Assembly (NCBI GenBank): GCA_964016885.1
Contig: OZ024740.1
Location: forward strand, 105,772,001 to 105,836,000
Direction of reading: 5' to 3'
Source: Eledone cirrhosa
Taxonomy: Eukaryota
Length of the DNA stretch: 64,000 nt
This document shows positions 54,924-64,000 of the stretch, piece by piece. The stretch's first letter is position 1. Every line of letters starts with the position of its first letter. Below the pieces are notes generated by a model, which saw only the letters and a program-made list of their open reading frames with translations, was not told the origin of the DNA and did no database searches. A program made the position numbers and the translations under genes.

Positions 54924-55310
54924 ATATGTATATACATCTATATTTATATACAGTCTGCTGATATGCAATTCTGGCTTATCAGGGGATCTGCTAAATGCAG
55001 ATATGACTGTTCAGCCAGTCTGCTAATATGCAAATCAGGCCGATCAGTCACTGTATATTTTAGAAAATAGCATATATTTTCACTAGCTCTGACAGTTGGC
55101 AGGTCAAGTGAGCTGTACTGATGAAGGCTGATACTGATGAAGGGTGTCTGCAGTTCTGTTTACATGCCAATACAAGAGCAAGAATGAAGTTTTAAAATGA
55201 GGATTGTTTGCATAATTTCAAACGAATCGAATGTTATTAATATTCGAAAGCGTCAGATTACATTTATTATATATAAATGTATATATACATATATATATAG
55301 CATTTATATA

Positions 55311-55353
<43 letters not shown>

Positions 55354-55695
55354 CCCCACTGAAAAGTTTCGTGAAATAGTCTTTTTAAGACTATATAGAG
55401 CATTTGTAGATTTTTCCAAATTGAAGGATAAGTATTTAATCTTAATTTTATTCTGGGTTAAGACTCTATTGGTTTTTTCCCCGGATTTCACAAAATCTGT
55501 AGATAAAATTTCTGTCTTGACTTTCTTTTAATTGAGTTTGAATTATTTTCCCATATCTTACGTTAATTATTTTCCATCTTGATGATATAGTCACTTATAT
55601 ATTATGAAATACTGTTGGCTTCTTGCTCACATTGATTTCTCTATTTTCATATATATATATATATAAGAAAGCCACACCGTGAATGGTTGCCAAAA

Positions 55696-55730
<35 letters not shown>

Positions 55731-55768
55731 TCTGTCTTGTTTATGTATATGTAAACCTCTATATTTTT

Positions 55769-55811
<43 letters not shown>

Positions 55812-56008
55812 GCATAATTTATAATATATACCTTGTCGTGTGATTGGCTGCACTGTTGAAGGAATTCGTTGGCTTAGCTGCTACTAGAACTTCGAATATG
55901 CTGTACTTTTGTATATATATATATATATATATATATTGTTATGCTTTGAGACACACGTTTCAACACACGTTTTCAGATAAAGAATCTTGCTAAACAAATT
56001 CAGAAACG

Positions 56009-56080
<72 letters not shown>

Positions 56081-56153
56081 GAGAAACACACAGATACATG
56101 CGGACACATACATATACATGAATATATCCACATCCATCCTCTTCATAATGTAC

Positions 56154-56282
<129 letters not shown>

Positions 56283-56450
56283 ATATATATATGCATAATT
56301 TATATTTGTTTATATTTATATATAATTAATGATTATGTGATGTCACGAAATATTATCACTTTTCCATTGCTGTCATTTGTAAAATGAACTGATAATTATT
56401 ATGAAAATATATTAAATAAATCCAATAACAACTACGTATTCCCACTCCCT

Positions 56451-56545
56451 GTCATCATCATCATCATCATCATCATCATCGTCGACGGCATCGACTTCAA
56501 CATTATCATCATCATCATCATCATTATCATGATCACCATCATCAT
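56451..56545. repeat. (TCA)n trinucleotide repeat
   Basis: Direct reading. Confidence 0.9.
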
Positions 56546-56616
56546 GAAATATATCGTTCTCCTTATTATCAACAAGAAAAATCCACACAGAGAAAATGTA
56601 ATTCATTATTATTATC

Positions 56617-56800
56617 GTGGATTGGCAGTATCGGTAGAGGGTCGGGCGCCATGCTTTGAAGCATAGAGTTACCTCCCTTTATGAACTGAGTTCAAATCCC
56701 GCCAAGGTTAACTTTGCCTTTCATCCTTACGGGGTCGATAAAATAAAGTACCAGTAATGCACTGGGATAATTGCTGGCCTGGTGCCAAAGTAGAAACAAT
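56617..56800 (+). mobile_element. SINE, Octopus-type family
   Basis: gagttcaaatccc B-box; ctttgcctttcatccttacggggtcgataaaataaagtaccag. Confidence 0.8.
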
Positions 56801-56917
56801 TATTATTATTATCTACAAATAAAGGTTATATATATTAAAAAAATAGTGAAACTGACTAATACACATATATATTCATATACATATATACATACATAAACAT
56901 AAATATATATATGTATG

Positions 56918-56958
<41 letters not shown>

Positions 56959-57031
56959 GATGTCTTCCAAAAGTAACGGTTGCATTTTGAAAGGGTATGT
57001 CACTATTTATTTATAAAACTGGTATATATTG

Positions 57032-57096
57032 TATTTTGTCTGATGAAAGCATACCATAATTTAACATGGTATCCTTGAAATATGTATAATAAAGTA
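57032..57096 (+). ncRNA. Type I hammerhead in a pLTR related to family A
   Basis: tattttgt-CTGATGA-aagcataccat..atggtatcctt-GAAA-tatgta-TA-ataaagta. Confidence 0.82.
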
Positions 57097-57223
57097 GATA
57101 TGGTTTTATAAATATAGTTTCCATTTGTTAATATCGTATATTTACTCCAAATACTTGTCGAGTGCTTTATATCAGTTATAAAAATATTTGCTTGTTGTAT
57201 TCCAACAATTTAAATAGAACTTT

Positions 57224-57257
<34 letters not shown>

Positions 57258-57260
<3 letters not shown>

Positions 57261-60060
57261 CTACCAAAATATGCGATAGAATTATCCCACAATTAAGAAA
57301 ACACGTAAACTTACCACTCTGGGAAAACACATCCCAAGTAATTAACTGGTTTACTAATATTAGAAATAAATCATCTCCTTCATTTCTACAATTTGATATA
57401 GATGCTTATTATTCCTCTATATCACACATACTCCTAAACAAAGGCTTGATATTTGCCAAAAATAGATCAGACTTAACTATGGATGACATTAATATTATCA
57501 CGCACGCTAGACAAACACTACTGGAGTTTCAGAAGGAATACTGGACCAGAAATACATATAGTAATCTCTTCGACATAACTATTGGCTCTAGTGATTCCGC
57601 CCAAATTACCGATCTTGTGGGCCTCTTTCTTCTATTTAACATTAATTCATCTTTTCCCCACCTTAAAGGTGGTTTATATCGTGATGACTGTCTTCTTCTT
57701 TCCACTAATCTTAGCCTATCAGAAATTGAAAGAAATAAAAAACTTAGAACTTTCCTCAAAGACTATTACAATCTCACTATTACATTTGAAAACACCAGTA
57801 AAATAGGCAATTTCCTAGATATAACTTTAGACCTATCTACGGGTATCTACCAACCTTACCATAAACCTTACATTACATACACTCACAATCCAATCACCCT
57901 AGATCTATCCTTAAAAACCTAGCATATAACATCTCACTCAGAATCTCTAACCTTTCATCTAACCAGGATGTATTCGATAAAAACGCGACTTTTATAATGA
58001 AGCTTTAGCTAGAAGCGGCCACAGAAACAAATTAGTCTACAGCACCAATAATACTTCAAACATACAACCCAATATTACCAACAAACACAAAATGAAAAAC
58101 CCACACCTAAATGCCACTCATACTACACCTAAAAATACCAACCTAAAACTTAATTTCTCTACCTCTTCTCACATAAAATATAATGACTTTCAAAAAACCA
58201 TTCATCCTAATACTCCAATATATGTTAACAACATTACTAACAAAATTCCTAGTAATCAGACTAAAACACCTAAATCAGTTAATCTAACTAAACCTATATA
58301 TATATAATAAAGTCACTAATAGTGACATCTTAGTAAACATCTTGATATATCGTATAAATATAAAAAACAATATCGAAACCGTAATAGACGGGTTACTTGG
58401 TATAATGCTCAATTTAATCTACAAATTAAAGACAATATCCCCAAAAAATTCTTTGCTATCCTAGTTAAAAATTCCCACCAAACCATAAATACCATCAAAT
58501 TTGAAATAGATCAACTGTCAAATTTTCCTACTCCACTACCAAAAATATACAACAGAATATAAGTACGTACAACGCATATAAGTGTAAAAAAACCTCACAA
58601 ATATACCATCAACACATCAAACCAACCATAATACTAAAATAAACCGCAACAACCCACCATCTCCTTAACCTATAACAAGTCGAGTAAACTCCATACCAAA
58701 TTTGACTAACTCCCCTAATATAATATTCACGAATGGTTGTAACTGTAGAATCAAAAGAAATTGCCCATTACAGGGAAATTAATAACATAGTCTATACATG
58801 TAAAATTAGAACTAAGGACTCCACTTATTCATATATAGGAGCTACGTCTAATCAATTTAAAGTAAGATTTAATACCCACAAACATAGTTTTTAAAATGTT
58901 GCATTGGCTAATACAACATCCTTGGCTGAAACAATTAATAATTATAGAAAGAAGAATATCGATTACAACCTGACCTGGAGCGTGCTCAAAAGGGCCACCC
59001 CTTATCAAAATAGCAGATACGAGTGTAGGTTATACTCCCAAGAACTTTTTGAAATCATGAAATCTAAGGATATCCTATTAAATAAGCGACAGGAATTAAT
59101 TATATCCTGCAATCATAGAATTAGAAGAACCTTCAAATATTATAAACCTAATTAATATACACCTTACTCTTATATTTTACAAATTATTATAATTGTTTTT
59201 TTTATTTAGTTAACCTATAATTAGTATTTTACTACAGAGAACTTCATAATTTTATTCCCTCTTACAGATTTCTTTTCCTAAAATTAATACCTATAAGTAT
59301 ACCTATAAATTAATTTAATTTAATTTCCTGTTATATATCTAGATTCCTTGTAGTTTAAATAAGATTGGTATTCCTCACTACTATCCTTATGCCAAAATTT
59401 TACTTTCCTTCGTTTTTAACAACAATCTTTAATAACATCTATTTCTTATTTATCACATTCATATGAATTAATATAACTTTACCCCTATAAGAATACCTAT
59501 TAATTAATTTAATTTCTTGTCATAGATCTGGATTCCTTGTGGTTTAAATAAGATTGGTATTTCTCACTAATACCCTTACCCTAAAATTTTATTTTCCTTC
59601 GTTTTTAACATTATTCTTTAATAACATCAAATTTTCGTGTACTCTTCACAATCTTCTTGACTTGACCTCTATTCATCCCCAAAGTATACTTTTCATTCAA
59701 AACATAAGTCTGCACTCCTCTACCCCTAAATTAAATTTCTACTACTGCTATTCTATCAACTTGACCTCTAACTACTTTTCTATTGGTCAATTCAAAACCT
59801 GTTCCCAAACAGACCTTTTATATTAAATCTTTGTTGGGTTTTTTCAATAAACACATCTCATCTTTGGCTGTGACCTCTTCAGGCAGTCCGAATTAGTGTG
59901 GTATATGTGAAGGTATGTATATTTCCTCTGATAATTTGTTATATTTTAACATAGATTTTTATAATATACATACCAACACACATATACATCCTAGAAACGA
60001 TTGTGAAATAATGAATTTTTTAATATAAGGAACTTGTTCTTTGTTTTTATTTCATTGTTT
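57258..60060 (+). mobile_element. Degenerate PLE (Naiad/Neptune-like RT + GIY-YIG), 5'-truncated
   Basis: FLQFDIDAYYSSI, GSSDSAQITDLVG, LYRDD, FLDITLDL, CNCR..CPL.G, YIGAT, LLNKR.EL..CNH; coding remnant ends at 59155. Confidence 0.88.
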
Positions 60061-60084
60061 TTATTAATTTATATATATACATAC

Positions 60085-62281
<2,197 letters not shown>

Positions 62282-62670
62282 GTTATGTTATATTTATATA
62301 AGTATTGTTATGTATATATTTATATAAGTATTGAAGTTTCCGTTGAAAATTGAAAACGTCATAGGAGTGAAGAGTGCTCTATGTAAGTTACAGAGTTAAT
62401 TTAATGTATAATAAAAAATACAATATAATTACCTCATTACCAGAGGTTTCCCGAATAAGCGAATACAAGAAAAGTCCGCATTCGTTCGCCAGACAAGGCA
62501 ATTCAAGTATATATATATACATTTTGAGTATATGTTGGTTGAATACCAACACCTGAGTATGCAGATTGGAGCACTCAACGAAGTGCGCAGGTTGGTTTGG
62601 TTACTCCGGAGTAATGTAAAATAAAATAAAATAAATAAGTCAAATGTTTAACATTTAGCTTCGTTTTTTA

Positions 62671-62723
62671 CTGCTATATATATTTCGGTGACAGCCATCT
62701 TTGGCTGTGACCTCTTCAGGCAG
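62671..62723 (-). ncRNA. Type I hammerhead (family B) in pLTR 62524-62765
   Basis: Minus strand ctgc-CTGAAGA-ggtcacagcc aaagat ggctgtcacc-GAAA-tatata-TA-gcag. Confidence 0.85.
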
Positions 62724-62849
62724 ACCGAATTAGTGTGGTATAGACAAGTACATATGTTGTTGAGGTGTATAACTTTGTCAATACTCTGATATGCCCAGTT
62801 CCTGGTTGGGTTGTTATTTCACTGAGGAATTGGAACTGGAACTAGCTTG

Positions 62850-62942
62850 GTGGCGTTGCCGGTTCGTCGCCGACGACCCGACCATGGGTCAGGTTGTACT
62901 GGGTTACATGTTACCAATAGCAGTTGAGAGCGACCTGACATA
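62850..62942 (-). mobile_element. 5' terminus of the RTE-derived family
   Basis: Homologous to 12045-12127 and 30430-30520; preceded on the minus strand by (ATGT)n. Confidence 0.65.
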
Positions 62943-63234
62943 AACATACATACATATGTATGCTTGGTGTGTATGTATGTATATGTATATGTATATGTAT
63001 ATATGTATGTGTATAAGTATGTATTTATGTATGTATTAGTGCATGCATGTCTGTACATTTATAAATTAAATAATCTGTTATTATCCTTCTATATGTAAAT
63101 ATATTTTTAGAGTACGTTACAATGAAATACCCTATACCCAGCTCATTTTCACTCTAATATTTTGATGTAAAATATAAACTAGAGTTAAAATAACCTACGT
63201 TCAGTTTGACGTGTCAGTATTGAAAGATAATAAT

Positions 63235-63405
63235 TGTTTCTACTTTAAGCACAAGGCCAGCAATTACTCAGTACATTACTGGTACTTTATTTTATCGACA
63301 CCGTAAGGATGAAAGCCAAAGTTAACCTCGGCGGGATTTGAAACTGTAAAGGGATGTAACTATGCTAGAAAGCATGGAGTCCAACCCTCTACCGATACTG
63401 CCAAT
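63235..63405 (-). mobile_element. SINE, Octopus-type family
   Basis: Reverse complement of 56617-56800. Confidence 0.8.
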
Positions 63406-63815
63406 TCTGAAACATTGTACAGTCTCAGAACTGGTATTTTCTTTTCTGAAAGAAGATTCACTCACCTACCATAAGCATAATTAAATCGCCTTTTAGATGA
63501 CATTTCAACATTTTTAACAACTCCATTCACACCGCATGCAATGTTTAATATTTTGTTGCTAAAGAATTAAGACAATGACAAATAGCAAAAATTGTAGAAT
63601 AAATTCTTTCAACTCGCCATGTGATTAATACGGATTAAAGTTAATGTTTTAAAACCTATACATGTCAGCACACGTGATACTTGAACAGCTACAGTGGTTG
63701 TGGTTGTTGTAGTGCTGACATTTTGGTTTAATTGTGAGTGACTGTAGCTTTTAACATTACTATACTATCTAATGAGCGAAACCACACCGCGATTGTGTGC
63801 TCATTCAATAGGCAT

Positions 63816-63854
<39 letters not shown>

Positions 63855-64000
63855 TTTTATATAAATCAGGAAAGAAGAGTGACACGGTTTGCTATACAAA
63901 AAAGTTTTTAATCTCATTGCTGACAATTGTTTCTCTGAACTGGTAGGTCTAGAGATCGCTATCCGCTTATTTTTACGTTACTCGATCGCCAATAGAAAGT

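Noticed and set aside
54951-55145. Tc1-like mini element (tacagt..actgta) and tandem CTGATGA
   Set aside because: Inverted match is only a few bp; CTGATGA copies lack GAAA and stems.
56412-56606. Asp-rich protein
   Set aside because: Translation of a (TCA)n repeat.
62330-62368. Hammerhead-like CTATGA-cgtt..aacg-GAAA (minus); similar relic at 59928-60010
   Set aside because: Core and stems I/III too degenerate to call.

Overview
AT-rich, microsatellite-saturated animal DNA with no supportable host protein-coding gene. The tRNA-derived SINE families and the repeat mix suggest an Octopus/cephalopod genome (inference). Almost all informative sequence is decayed retroelement: Penelope-like elements (PLEs; RT + GIY-YIG) of several families, RTE, CR1-like, Tx1, a CRE-like element and an R4/Dong-like restriction-like-endonuclease (RLE) fragment, plus SINEs and one Tc1/mariner-type MITE. 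Most ORF-track entries are translations of (TA)n/(CA)n/(TACA)n repeats. The main signal invisible to the ORF track is RNA-level. By eye I find about 17 type I hammerhead ribozyme (HHR) motifs with canonical CUGANGA/GAAA/UH cores from at least 9 sequence families, plus about 11 variant or degenerate ones, including a U3-A8 compensatory-core variant. They lie in PLE pseudo-LTRs (pLTRs), in ORF-less fold-back mini-elements, in a retrozyme-like direct repeat and in a tRNA-flanked inverted repeat. Most are in cassettes bracketed by (TA)n, and several cassettes also carry fused pieces of unrelated retroelements. All folds and alignments were done manually; element boundaries are approximate and nothing was verified computationally.
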